Shown: positions 27,974 through 38,546, counted from the first letter of the stretch. The stretch: DNA of 64,000 bases from Pseudomonadota bacterium (GCA_039028555.1 JBCCHW010000001.1:10589-74588); one strand, 5' to 3'. A program made the numbers and translations. The notes: generated by a model not told the origin, from the sequence alone.

Positions 27974-29212
27974 CTACGTGTCCCGTGCGCCGGGGATCGG
28001 CTCGGTCATGCGGCCCGTTTCGGCGCGGCGTTGCGCGCCGGCCTTTTCGGCCTCGCTAGCGGCCGGGTCGAGCACATCGCCCAGTTCGTCGAGGCGCAAG
28101 CCCGCGGTGGCGATCTCCGGCAGCCCCGCCGCCCGGCGCCCGGCCATCCGCGCAGCAAAGGCGTGTTTCTTGCGCACCTGATGTGGCTGGAAGTCGTTCA
28201 TCATCTCGGGCGTGATTTCGTCTCCCAAAACCAGATCGCCGGCGTCGACGGCCGATTGCACCAAGGCAGCCGCCTGCGTGTTGCGCACCACGATGCCATT
28301 GAAACCCGCATCTTCGCCCACCGGGCCGCCACCGGGCCAGACATCCAGGGCGGCAATATCGGCGGCCTCGCCCAGCGCGTCGGGGCACATTTTGCAGCGG
28401 GTTTCGAGTTGCCAGCCCGTCTCATCTTCCCAAAGCTCATTATAACTTTTCTCGAATGCACGGCCGTCTTGGGTTTCCACCCTTGTCCTGCCCGGATTGC
28501 CATAGCCGCGATAACGAAACAGCGTGACCTCCTCTTCGGCCAGACCGAATTCGTCGAGCAAATCACGCGATTTTCCCAGACGGGATTGCCCACCGCAGAC
28601 CATGACCAGCCGCGCCACGATCAGCCGGTCGACACGCGGATCCGTCTTTGCGAGCGCGTGGATTGCGCCCATATCGCAAGGTTTCGCAATCACGGCAAAG
28701 GGTTTGCCTTTCACCAGCGCCTGCTCCAATCCCGCCAGCGGTGTCGTAGGGCCATAGCGCGAACCTGCATTCGCAACCACACTGTCGGGCGTGGTGCTTA
28801 TCACACCATGGCTACGCATCGGGGCATCAGGGTCGGCGCCCAGATGCAGGATGAACGCGGCCCTGCCGGACTTCAAAAGGTGCACACCCAGCGCGGTCAG
28901 AACGCCGCCGGTCGCCGCACGATGGCGGATCTCGGCATCGCCGGCCCAGGCATAGCCGGCACTGGTCATCGCGCCCCAGATTGGATCTGGGACAAGCCCG
29001 GGCGCCTCGCGCGATATCGCCACGGTGCCAGGACAGGCGGAAAGAAGTTTTTCCTCTTCATCGGATGCGAACTCGTCCGCAACCACGGGACGCATTGCGC
29101 CATACTCGGTCATGCGCATTGGAACCCAGCCGCCGGTCACTGCTTCACACAGCCCGCAGCCGATGCAGAGGCCCGAGTTGATGACCTCGGCGATGGATCT
29201 GGCAGGAGTCAT
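27974..29212 (-). CDS. FrhB/FdhB (F420 hydrogenase beta-like) iron-sulfur flavoprotein
   Basis: CIGCGLC...ACPG, ATGGVLTAL, GSRYGP, KPCD, VCGG, YRGYGNPG and CKMCPD. Confidence 0.85.
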   Translation of the reverse strand: MTPARSIAEVINSGLCIGCGLCEAVTGGWVPMRMTEYGAMRPVVADEFASDEEEKLLSACPGTVAISREAPGLVPDPIWGAMTSAGYAWAGDAEIRHRAATGGVLTALGVHLLKSGRAAFILHLGADPDAPMRSHGVISTTPDSVVANAGSRYGPTTPLAGLEQALVKGKPFAVIAKPCDMGAIHALAKTDPRVDRLIVARLVMVCGGQSRLGKSRDLLDEFGLAEEEVTLFRYRGYGNPGRTRVETQDGRAFEKSYNELWEDETGWQLETRCKMCPDALGEAADIAALDVWPGGGPVGEDAGFNGIVVRNTQAAALVQSAVDAGDLVLGDEITPEMMNDFQPHQVRKKHAFAARMAGRRAAGLPEIATAGLRLDELGDVLDPAASEAEKAGAQRRAETGRMTEPIPGARDT

Positions 29213-29523
29213 ACAGCAACCCGAATGAACACATTCGCAGATATGTGACCACGTTCCGGGCCTGTACCGCAAGGGTATGGATCATCACGCCGGTCGGGAT
29301 GTGTATCGGCCCATGCGCAAGCTCGCCAACGTCATCAGCCCGACGTCGCCACTTCCTTTGGCGTCAGTGCAGCCGTGGCGCATGGGCTCTGGGCCCGCCG
29401 GACAGGGCGAGGTGCCGCGGCATAGCCCGCATTCGCCAGGCGGGTTTGGCTCTCGGACTGTTCCGCACCGCGAATGGAGCCACCGATGGCTCTGGCCCCG
29501 ATCATGCCCCGCGCTGGGGCCTC

Positions 29524-30258
29524 TCAGATCCGATGCCGGTACAGATGATCATAGTGCGGTTTCATCCGCCGATGCACCTGTTGCACCCGTTTGGGCGTCT
29601 CGGCGAGGTTTACATATCTGCGCTTTTGCGGGGTGAGCCCGGTTGATTTCGCCAAATTGGCGTGGAACGATCCGCCATCCCACCAACTATGAGCCGAGGG
29701 GTCGCCCCCAGGTTCCCAACAAAGCGCCTCTTCAACAAAGGGGATCCCGACAGCGTCGCAGAACTTTCGGGTCATGTCATGAGGGTTCTCGAGCAGATCA
29801 TCGCTATCGATCACCGGGGGAGACGTTCCGGTGATCGCGCTGACAAGATCGAACAGCGCCCGTTGCTCCGGGAAACCGACCTCGCCCTCATGAAAATCAG
29901 GCCACTTGTCATGTATCGAGGTGATGGTCTTGGCCGGGTCCCGGATCAGAAAGGCATGGGTGAAGTGCGAGAGGAACTCCGGCGTCCACATATGGTTGAT
30001 GTAGTGAGGAAAATCCTTGGTAAAGACCGGCCCCTTTTGCGCACGGGCTTGCATGTCTTCCCAGACGCTCTCGATGGTGAGGCCGGGGGTGGTCACGGCG
30101 CCCGGCTCAAAGCGATGCCAAAGCGGTGCCTCGCCCTGATACCAGGCCTCGCCAAAGGGTTCATGCAGGCAGTCCATGTCGCCGCGCTGGCGCATCATCC
30201 ATTCGAACGCTGTCGAGGTTGACCGCGGCACGGCCCATAGCGCGACGATCTTATGCAT
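29524..30258 (-). CDS. Sulfotransferase-like P-loop protein
   Basis: WAVPRSTSTAF (5'-PSB-like), HEPF, LIRDP (3'-PB-like) and VIDSDDL..NP. Confidence 0.75.
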   Translation of the reverse strand: MHKIVALWAVPRSTSTAFEWMMRQRGDMDCLHEPFGEAWYQGEAPLWHRFEPGAVTTPGLTIESVWEDMQARAQKGPVFTKDFPHYINHMWTPEFLSHFTHAFLIRDPAKTITSIHDKWPDFHEGEVGFPEQRALFDLVSAITGTSPPVIDSDDLLENPHDMTRKFCDAVGIPFVEEALCWEPGGDPSAHSWWDGGSFHANLAKSTGLTPQKRRYVNLAETPKRVQQVHRRMKPHYDHLYRHRI

Positions 30259-31084
30259 GTTTCAGGCTTTCCAACAGCGCGCCCTGCGGGGTTACGGGCG
30301 CAATTCCAAGGGTCTTGTAGATCCGCCAATACAGCGCGGTGTCATGCCCGATGACGGGTTTGCCCAGCATCGCCTCCAACTCCCGCTCCAGATGCACCGG
30401 GCGTTGGGGCTGACCGCCGGGACCGGTGCGAAAATTGCACATGCCGTTGATCAGATAGGCATCGGCGTTCGGTGCCTGCTCGGCCACATAGGCAAAGCTA
30501 TTGGCCGCAAGGTCGCCCTCGAACACCCAGCGGCAGTCATTCACCGCCTCCTGGCTTTCAAACCAGCCCTGATCGTGAAAGTTTCCAGCCCACAGCACGT
30601 CAAACCCGGCCTCTTGAAGGAACGCCACGGTACCCTGCCACCATTCCGGCCAGTGATAGGCGGCGTTGAGCCCGACCTTCTCGACATTCATGTCGCGCAG
30701 CGCCTCGACCATCGCATAGCCTGCCATGTGGAACGGTGTGCCGTACTTCTCGCTCAATCCCTCGCAATGGCGGCGGACCCCCTCGACACCCAGGCCCGAG
30801 GCATGAACCCAGTTCGAGCCCACCTGACCACAGACATCGGCACCGTTTCGGGCCATGCAGTGGACGAAGTCATCCAGCATGCCGAAGTTCTGTTTTCGCT
30901 GGTCTAGCCCGTGCACATAGTCGGGTACATGCAGCATCCATCCATGCACGCCAACGCTCGGCGGCGACATGCGCAGGAAATCCGACGGGGCGGCGTCATA
31001 GTCAAACGGCGGGCAGGTAAAACCCACCTGATGGGGAAAGAGCTTGTGCTCTGGTCGCCATTCTTCCGGCATCAGCATGGGCAT
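30251..31084 (-). CDS. Asp/Glu racemase-maleate isomerase superfamily protein (arylmalonate decarboxylase-like)
   Basis: QVGSNW, AMVEALR.MNV.KV, FLQEAGFDV, LINGMCNF and LEAMLGKPVI...ALYW. Confidence 0.7.
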   Translation of the reverse strand: MPMLMPEEWRPEHKLFPHQVGFTCPPFDYDAAPSDFLRMSPPSVGVHGWMLHVPDYVHGLDQRKQNFGMLDDFVHCMARNGADVCGQVGSNWVHASGLGVEGVRRHCEGLSEKYGTPFHMAGYAMVEALRDMNVEKVGLNAAYHWPEWWQGTVAFLQEAGFDVLWAGNFHDQGWFESQEAVNDCRWVFEGDLAANSFAYVAEQAPNADAYLINGMCNFRTGPGGQPQRPVHLERELEAMLGKPVIGHDTALYWRIYKTLGIAPVTPQGALLESLKHA

Positions 31085-31289
31085 CGGCCTCCGTCAATCC
31101 GCGTCCAGGGTATCGGGGCGCATGGACGGGATGCTATCCTCTTGGCGACAGGGTTTGTCGCAGGACCGCCCCGCGCCCCGGCGCCGAACAACGGGCACCA
31201 GGAATGTCTCGAAATGAGACATTCGCGCGCTAAGTAAGGAAGGGGCACACAGGAGACGTGGCGCCGAAGCAATACCAGGGAGATCCGCG

Positions 31290-33092
31290 ATGAAAGCCTA
31301 TTTTGCTGCGCCCGCAACGGCCCTGCTCCTCTCCACCGCTGCGGCCCAAGAGGTGGCCGATAAAATCTATCTGGGCGGGCCGATCCTGACCATGAACGAT
31401 GCGGCACCTTCGGCCGAGGCCGTGGCCGTCCGCGATGGTTTGATCCTGGCTGTCGGAGACCGGGAGAGGGTTTTGTCCCATCAAGGCAAAGGGACGGAAA
31501 TGGTCGATCTCGCGGGTCGGGCGATGCTGCCGGGGTTCGTCGACAGTCATGGCCATGTTGTCCTGGGCGGTTTGCAGGCGCTCTCAGCCAATCTGTTGCC
31601 GCCGCCTGACGGGCCCAACACCGACATCGCGACCATCCAACAGACCCTTCGCACGTGGCGTGAGAAGAACAGCGACGTCGTCGATCGGGTCAACCTCATC
31701 ATCGGATTTGGTTATGACGAGAGCCAACTGGCCGAGAAACGCCCGCCAAACCGGCATGAGCTCGACGAAGTCTCGGCAGAGTTACCCATCATCCTGATTC
31801 ACCAATCCGGCCATTTCGGCGTTGCCAATTCAAAGGCATTGGAAGTGGCCGGGATCGGACCGGGGTCGAGGCCTCCGCTGGGGGGTGTCATCCGCTTTGA
31901 TGACGCAGGCGAGCCGACCGGGGTGCTCGAAGAGAATGCGTTCTTTGCGGTCTTGGTCCCGATCCTGAGTGATCTGGGCGCCGAGGGGTTGAAGGCCTTT
32001 GCCCGCGCAGGCACAGCGCTCTGGTCTGAATACGGGTACACAACGGCGCAGGAAGGGCGATCGTCGCAGGCGATCGTCGATGCCCTGCGGCATGTCGCGG
32101 CCGAGGATGGCCTCCCAATCGACGTCGTCGCCTATCCTGATGTGCTGGTAGAGCGTGACTTCATCGCGAATAGTGTCTCGCCGGACTACATCGACCGGGT
32201 GCGCGTCGGCGGTGCGAAGCTGACCATCGACGGCTCACCACAAGGTTTCACGGCGCTGCGCGACAGGCCCTATTACAAACCGGTTGGCAACTACCCGCCG
32301 GGCTATGCCGGCTATGCCTCGGCGACACAGAAACAGACGATGGACGTCGTCGACTGGGCGTTTGAAAACGACATCCAGATCCTGACCCATGCCAACGGCG
32401 AAGGCGCGTCGGACTGGTTGATCGCGGCTGTGGATGCAGCACAACACAAGCACGGCAAAGACGATCGGCGGCCGGTTTTGATTCATGGACAGTTCATGCG
32501 GCTGGATCAGGTCGAGAACTACAAGCGACTGGGCGTGTTTCCCTCGGTCTTCCCGATGCACACCTATTATTGGGGCGACTGGCATCGCGACCATACGGTG
32601 GGTCCGGTCAATGCCGAAAACATCTCTCCCACGGGCTGGATCTGGGAGCGAGGCATGATTTTTGGCACCCATCACGACGCGCCAGTTGCCTTTCCCGACA
32701 GCATGCGAGTGCTTTCGGCAACTGTTACCCGGCGCACGCGGTCGGGTGACATACTGGGCCCGCATCAGCGCGTCGATGTCATGACCGCGCTAAAGGCCAT
32801 GACGCTTTGGCCGGCCTGGCAGCATTTCGAGGAAGACGACAAAGGCTCGATCGAGCCCGGTAAGCTGGCCGATTTCGTGATCCTCTCCGCCGATCCGACC
32901 GCGATCGACCCGGAGACACTGGCCGACATCGACGTGCTGACCACAATCAAGGAAGGCAAGGTCGTGTATGACGCCGCCGGTGACACCCGCAAGGGCGCCT
33001 TGACGCCCCGCGACGGGGCGTTCGGCGGGCAGAATCCATACGCCGCACACCGTTTCCTGCACGCGATGTATCAGGTCATGGAGCAGTTTTAG
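31290..33092 (+). CDS. Secreted amidohydrolase (YtcJ-like)
   Basis: Signal peptide; PGFVDSHGH, DGSPQG.TA, HANG, IHGQ, HHDAPV and GSIEPGKLADFVIL. Confidence 0.9.
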   Translation: MKAYFAAPATALLLSTAAAQEVADKIYLGGPILTMNDAAPSAEAVAVRDGLILAVGDRERVLSHQGKGTEMVDLAGRAMLPGFVDSHGHVVLGGLQALSANLLPPPDGPNTDIATIQQTLRTWREKNSDVVDRVNLIIGFGYDESQLAEKRPPNRHELDEVSAELPIILIHQSGHFGVANSKALEVAGIGPGSRPPLGGVIRFDDAGEPTGVLEENAFFAVLVPILSDLGAEGLKAFARAGTALWSEYGYTTAQEGRSSQAIVDALRHVAAEDGLPIDVVAYPDVLVERDFIANSVSPDYIDRVRVGGAKLTIDGSPQGFTALRDRPYYKPVGNYPPGYAGYASATQKQTMDVVDWAFENDIQILTHANGEGASDWLIAAVDAAQHKHGKDDRRPVLIHGQFMRLDQVENYKRLGVFPSVFPMHTYYWGDWHRDHTVGPVNAENISPTGWIWERGMIFGTHHDAPVAFPDSMRVLSATVTRRTRSGDILGPHQRVDVMTALKAMTLWPAWQHFEEDDKGSIEPGKLADFVILSADPTAIDPETLADIDVLTTIKEGKVVYDAAGDTRKGALTPRDGAFGGQNPYAAHRFLHAMYQVMEQF

Positions 33093-33119
33093 CCGCCGCT
33101 CCACGAAATCTGGACCAAG

Positions 33120-34169
33120 TCAGCCCGGGACGATGGTTTCGTCTAGCTTGTGATCGACGGTCGAGACGGTTTTGTCGATCTCCGCATTGGGCATGTCGAG
33201 CTGATGCGAGATGAGTTTCACCAACAGATCCACGCGCTCGATAAAGGGGGCCCCAGCCGCGACCGCACGCGCCGCCGACGAAGGTTTCAGCAGGCTCTCG
33301 GCCGCCTTGGCGTATTTCTCGAATGGAACCTGATCGGCCGGGTCCGCGCCGAGGCGCTGTGCGATTGCATCCACATGGCCGTAAATCTCGCGCGACAGCT
33401 CGATATCGCCATGCACCGCATCACGGATCGCTTGGGGTTCATGAGGTGTGATGCAGCGGTAGTTGCCGGTCAATAGCATCGACCACTTGGCCAGCGGCAC
33501 GAAAAGCGAGTCGTAAACCCGCAGCTTGACCGGTACGTCCTTTCCGTCAAGCGTCACTGCGGCGATGTCCGCCTCAAGCTCCTTCAGAAGCGCGCTATGC
33601 GCTGGGTCGCCGAAGGCCGCGGCTTTGAAATTGGTCGGCAGACCCACATGAAGCACGTTCGGCGCTTCCTCAGGCGGGCGGAAAGCCTGTGGATCGGGTG
33701 AGCAAAGCGTCACCAATCCGGGCTCGAACCGATCCCAGACCTGTGCGGTCGTATAGGCCTCTTCGAGATCCATGTCCTTGAGCGCCGCGATGCGTTTCAG
33801 ATAGGGCAGCGGTGGCATGTTCATGATCGACACGCAGGGAAGCTTTGCTTCTGCAATCTTGATCATCAGCGTCCGGATCGAGTGGTTGGTGTATTGCGGT
33901 TCCTGCATCGCCAGCGCGACCATGTCATAGCGGTCGAGATCCACACCCTCGGGCGGGCAGGCATCGACCTCGCCTGGCAGGTCGCGCGAGAAAATGGCAC
34001 GATGAACCGCCTCATCGCGCAGTTTGATGCGCACTTCGGTCCCGTCGCGATTGATCAGATCGGCGGTCTTTTGGCGGCAGACCAGGGTCACGTTGTGCCC
34101 TGCCATCAAAAGCTTGGTCCCCAACAACGAGCCGTAGGAAGCTCCAAGGATCAGAATGTTACGCGGCAT
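33120..34169 (-). CDS. Uncharacterised NAD(P)-binding protein (ketopantoate reductase-like)
   Basis: Rossmann-like NILILGASYGSLL...GHNVTLV, LAMQEPQY and AKWSML; GGAGG RBS. Confidence 0.7.
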   Translation of the reverse strand: MPRNILILGASYGSLLGTKLLMAGHNVTLVCRQKTADLINRDGTEVRIKLRDEAVHRAIFSRDLPGEVDACPPEGVDLDRYDMVALAMQEPQYTNHSIRTLMIKIAEAKLPCVSIMNMPPLPYLKRIAALKDMDLEEAYTTAQVWDRFEPGLVTLCSPDPQAFRPPEEAPNVLHVGLPTNFKAAAFGDPAHSALLKELEADIAAVTLDGKDVPVKLRVYDSLFVPLAKWSMLLTGNYRCITPHEPQAIRDAVHGDIELSREIYGHVDAIAQRLGADPADQVPFEKYAKAAESLLKPSSAARAVAAGAPFIERVDLLVKLISHQLDMPNAEIDKTVSTVDHKLDETIVPG

Positions 34170-34511
34170 GGATTCCTCCGAAATATTATTGCGCGGATTC
34201 TCATGCCCGGTCGGACGCATTGTTGCAATCCCCGTTTTCATTTTCTCATAGAGCGGTAAGGCGCCGATTGAACCGGGGCCCGGAAACCTGCGCGCACCTG
34301 GAAAATCCCACCGCCCAGCCCGGCTGAACCATTCCAGATGACGCATTCATGCAGGGCTGCTTTATGACGCCTCGGATTCCTCATCGTGGAGGCCGAACCT
34401 GAAAACTGCCTCGAGACGCCCGGGAAAACTGTACATCACGGGCATCTTTCTTAATTATCGGCGCTGTGAAGTTAAGATTTTCCCTTATTCGGCAAGTATG
34501 ATGGGGCAGAG

Positions 34512-36062
34512 ATGATCACAGGCGCCCAACTCGACTCCCCGGTAGATATCCATGATCTGCTGCACACTGGTCTGTTGGGGCATCCCGCCTCGGTCGCGCT
34601 GGTCTGCGCCGAGACGAGCAGAACCTGGCGTGAACTCGAAGACGAAGTCGAGAATCTCGCCGGGCATTATCTGAGCATGGGGCTGCGGCCGGGCGACAGG
34701 ATCGCATCGCTGATGCCGAACCGGACCGAGTTGATGGTGCATTATCTGGCGTGCTTCAAAGCGGGCTTCGTCGCGACGCCACTCAATTACCGCTACATGG
34801 CGCCGGAAATGGATCACGCACTCACGGTCTCGGGGGCTGCTATGCTGGTTGCCCATGTCGAGCGCGCCCAGGATCTGGCGGAGACGGTCGGCGTCGACAG
34901 GCTGCCGCTGGGTGTGATTCACTATGGGCGTGAAACGCCCGGCGCCCGCGACCTGGAGACTCTGATCGCGACACCGCCCGACCGCCGGTCGGAACGGGCG
35001 GTCAAGCCGTCGGATCCCGCGATCATCTTCTTTACTTCGGGCAGCACCGACAAACCCAAAGGCGTAACCCATAGCCACGAAACGCTGGGGTGGATGTTCG
35101 CATCAACGGCAGCGGGATTTGAGATGACGGGGCGAGACGTGGTGCTCCCCGGCTCGTCCATCTCTCATCTCGGCTCCTTCATGTGGTCGATGAGTGCGCT
35201 TGCGCTGGGTGCCAAGGTGTTAGTCGCCAGAACTTTTGACGGCGATGAGATCCTGCCGATGTTGCGCGCGCATCGTCCGACTGTTCTTTGCATGTTGCCT
35301 GCCGCCTTGATGGCGCTGATCCGCGATCACGGTGCTCGGGGTGAAGATTTTGCATCCCTCCGGCTATGCCGCGGAGGAGGCGACAAGGTGCCCCTGGAAC
35401 TCGACGATACCTTCCGTGAATTGGCTGGCATTCCCATCGACGAAGGCTATGGGATGACCGAGTTGGGTACCGCCACCATGAACCCTCCATCAGGCGTCAT
35501 CAAGCACGGATCCTGCGGGCTGCCATTGCCCGGATTCTCGGTCTCGATCCGCGACGACAAGGGCAATGAACTCGGAGTAGGCGCCGATGGTAATCTTTGG
35601 GTGCTTAGCCGCTCCGCGACGGTCGGGTATTGGCAAAGAGCCGAGGCGACCGAAGATCTCTTCGCAGACGGCTGGCTCAATACCGGCGACATCATGCGCA
35701 TGGATCACGACGGCTATCTTTGGTTCCGGGGACGCAAGAAGCAGATCATCATTCACGACGGTTCGAACATTAGCCCGCAAGAGGTCGAGGACGCGCTGAT
35801 CGAGCACCCGGCGGTTGCGTCAGCCGGAGTTGTCGGCATCCATGATCTGACGCATGGCGAGAACGTGCGTGCCTACGTCACAACACTGGCGGGAATCGAT
35901 ATACCCACGGCGCAGGAGTTGATCCGCTTCGCGCGGCAACGAGTGGGCTATAAGGCGCCTGAAGAAATCGAGTTCCTGAGCGATATGCCCTTGAATGCGA
36001 CCGGCAAGATTGACCGCCGAAAACTAAAAGAAATGGCGCAGGAGCGCCACAAGGCAAACTGA
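34512..36062 (+). CDS. AMP-dependent acyl-CoA synthetase
   Basis: FTSGSTDKPKG, EGYGMTE, WLNTGD, GRKKQII..GSNISPQEVE and TGKIDR. Confidence 0.93.
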   Translation: MITGAQLDSPVDIHDLLHTGLLGHPASVALVCAETSRTWRELEDEVENLAGHYLSMGLRPGDRIASLMPNRTELMVHYLACFKAGFVATPLNYRYMAPEMDHALTVSGAAMLVAHVERAQDLAETVGVDRLPLGVIHYGRETPGARDLETLIATPPDRRSERAVKPSDPAIIFFTSGSTDKPKGVTHSHETLGWMFASTAAGFEMTGRDVVLPGSSISHLGSFMWSMSALALGAKVLVARTFDGDEILPMLRAHRPTVLCMLPAALMALIRDHGARGEDFASLRLCRGGGDKVPLELDDTFRELAGIPIDEGYGMTELGTATMNPPSGVIKHGSCGLPLPGFSVSIRDDKGNELGVGADGNLWVLSRSATVGYWQRAEATEDLFADGWLNTGDIMRMDHDGYLWFRGRKKQIIIHDGSNISPQEVEDALIEHPAVASAGVVGIHDLTHGENVRAYVTTLAGIDIPTAQELIRFARQRVGYKAPEEIEFLSDMPLNATGKIDRRKLKEMAQERHKAN

Positions 36063-36496
36063 GCGCAATCCAAGCCGCCGTAGTTCTTCAGGACCAGTGA
36101 TTCAAGTGCTTGAGCTGATTCCCAGGATCAGACTGGTGCAGTCAGGCCCGTTTTAGCTCTGGCGATCATGTGCAGACGTTGCGAAGAAAGTTGCCGGGCC
36201 GCCCGAACACGCTGATCGCCGCAATGCACCCGGGGTGAGTTTCATTTTGTCTAGAACATCCTCGGGTGAGTGCCCGAAGGGCAGGACGCGGACAACCCCG
36301 TTTCAGAGGGAGGGCGCACCCCTCCCCGTCAGGCAACCCGATTGGGCAGCACCGGGTCCTCGCGCGGCGCGCTGCGTGCCACACCACTGCTGTCGAACAA
36401 GGTTCCTCGTCCCATCCCGCACTAGCCACCTAGCGGAGTTGCGAGGCGGAGGGTCGCAATTCAGTCGAGGCACGGCAATCAAACTCATGGAAATTG

Positions 36497-37990
36497 TCAC
36501 TCTCTGCGCAGCAGGAGTCGTCGTAAGAATGGGACAAGCAATAGAACCAAGCTCAGGAAAGTTGCTGCAGCCAGGAATGCGCTTATCGGTCGGGTCAGGA
36601 ACGGTTCTAGCGAACCTTCGGACAAGATCATGCCGCGTCGCAGGCTTTTGTCCAGGAGATCGCCTAACACCAATCCCAGGACAAGTGGGGCCATCGGGTA
36701 ATTCATCTGCTTTAGCACAAACCCCAGAACGCCGAAGCCCAGCATCGTCCAGACATCGAAAGGGCGTGCTGCGATGGCGAATGCACCAACCGTACAAAGG
36801 ACGAAAATCACCGGCAGTAACCGTTCGCGCGGGATACGAAGCACAGCGAGAAGAGGTGTGGTCAGAAGGACGCCCGCGACGGTCATGATAACGGCTGCGA
36901 CAACGATCGCGGCAACGACGCCATAGACCATATCGGCACTCGTGATCATAATCATCGGTCCGGGTTGCACCCCATGAATAACCAATGCAGCCAAAAGAAC
37001 TGCCGAGGGGGCCGAGCCAGGGATGCCAAGTGTCAAGACCGGGATGATCGCGCCCGGAACCGCAGCTGAATTGCCAGTTTCTGCGGCGACTAACCCTTCG
37101 GTTGAACCGCGCCCGAACATTTCTCTCGTACGACTGAGCCGCTTTGCGATTGCGTAGGAGACCCAGGCACCGATATCCTCGCCAACGCCGGGGATTAGCC
37201 CCATCAGCGTGCCAGCAATGCCGGATCGTCCGATGGTTCCGGCGTTCTTTGCGACGTCGCTTGCCCTAGGCAACAACCGTCCCTTGTTCTGCGAAATCTC
37301 TGGCGAGCGATTGTCGGAAATGCTGGAGAGGATTTCGACAAGCCCAAATGCGCCAACCATAGCCGGGATCAGACCGAACCCGCCGGTCAGGTCGTGAATG
37401 CCAAAGGAATAGCGCGCATAGGCAAACACCTGTTCTTGTCCTACCATGGCGAGGATCAAGCCGAGGCACCCGGCGATCCAGCCTTTCAGTGGATCATCCA
37501 GCGCCGTCAGGCGGCCCGAGATCACCACGCCGAACAGCGCCAGCCAGAAAAACTCGAACGATCCGAAACTGAGGGCATAATCTGCCAGTATCGGCGCCGT
37601 AAAAAGAAGCAGAACGACACCGACCATCGTGCCGAAAAACGAGCCAATGGTGGCAAGTCCCAGCGCTTCGCGGGCGCGCGCCTGGCGTGCCAGCGGGTAG
37701 CCGTCGAGCGATGTCGCAGCGCTGGCCGGGGTGCCCGGCATGTTCAGGATGATCGCTGTGCGGCTGCCGCCATAGATCGCTCCGACATACAGGCCGAGCA
37801 GTGCGGTGATGGCCTGAAAGCTCTCCATCTGGAAGGTGAGCGTGGTGAGCAGTGCCAGCCCCATGGTCGCGGTCAAACCAGGTAACATGCCGATCACGAT
37901 GCCAAGGATGGTGGACCAAAGCGTGATCAATAGAAACTCTGGCGAAAGCGCCGTTGTGAAGGCGTTCAGAATCGCGGAAAACTCAGGCAT
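36497..37990 (-). CDS. Tripartite tricarboxylate transporter large permease (TctA family)
   Basis: GMLPGLTATM, YGGS...NMPGTP, AAETGNSA, LGIPGS, HGVQPGP and APLVLG. Confidence 0.93.
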   Translation of the reverse strand: MPEFSAILNAFTTALSPEFLLITLWSTILGIVIGMLPGLTATMGLALLTTLTFQMESFQAITALLGLYVGAIYGGSRTAIILNMPGTPASAATSLDGYPLARQARAREALGLATIGSFFGTMVGVVLLLFTAPILADYALSFGSFEFFWLALFGVVISGRLTALDDPLKGWIAGCLGLILAMVGQEQVFAYARYSFGIHDLTGGFGLIPAMVGAFGLVEILSSISDNRSPEISQNKGRLLPRASDVAKNAGTIGRSGIAGTLMGLIPGVGEDIGAWVSYAIAKRLSRTREMFGRGSTEGLVAAETGNSAAVPGAIIPVLTLGIPGSAPSAVLLAALVIHGVQPGPMIMITSADMVYGVVAAIVVAAVIMTVAGVLLTTPLLAVLRIPRERLLPVIFVLCTVGAFAIAARPFDVWTMLGFGVLGFVLKQMNYPMAPLVLGLVLGDLLDKSLRRGMILSEGSLEPFLTRPISAFLAAATFLSLVLLLVPFLRRLLLRRE

Positions 37991-38494
37991 CTACGGCAAC
38001 TGCACCAGAAACAGAGTTTGAAAAAGATATTGACTGCCGAGGCTTGTAATCAGCGCGAGACTTGAGGCAGCAATCAGGGACGGCACCGGGCGGCGCGTAC
38101 TGCCTTCTGGTTTGAGGACAAGCTCGAACGTCACAACAAAGGCGAAGACGAAAGCGAATGTGGCCCATACGAACGGCACATTTCCGAAGAGCACTGCCCC
38201 GTAAATCAGCGTTAACGCCAATGCCGCAATCGCGCGATTTCGGTTCGCGGGCGTGCCGATTACGGTGGTCCAGTACGTGCGCTCGGCCCCGTCAGCCTGC
38301 ATCGGGCGCAAGGCCAGGATCAGACCGCAAAGCGCTAACGCCAACCCCAGAATGCCGGGCGTCAGGCCGGGCGATTGATAGGCGGGCGCGCCTTGCGCTT
38401 CAAACCGGGGCATCGCCCATGCCCCTGCCATCACGCCAAGGCCAAGTACCACGAAGATGAAACCGGAAACTCGGTCGAGTGCGTGATTGGTCAT
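37991..38494 (-). CDS. TctB family small membrane subunit
   Basis: Four to five hydrophobic helices, SPGLTP and C-terminal FLVQLP; lies between tctC and tctA. Confidence 0.85.
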   Translation of the reverse strand: MTNHALDRVSGFIFVVLGLGVMAGAWAMPRFEAQGAPAYQSPGLTPGILGLALALCGLILALRPMQADGAERTYWTTVIGTPANRNRAIAALALTLIYGAVLFGNVPFVWATFAFVFAFVVTFELVLKPEGSTRRPVPSLIAASSLALITSLGSQYLFQTLFLVQLP

Positions 38495-38546
38495 GCTTGC
38501 CTCAACAAGTTGGGCCGCCCCTGGAACGGGACGGCCCGGTTTCATA

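Noticed and set aside
27974-29212. Evidence of F420-dependent hydrogenase or methanogen-like metabolism
   Set aside because: No NiFe large/small subunit or maturation genes. Stand-alone FrhB-like proteins are widespread in bacteria.
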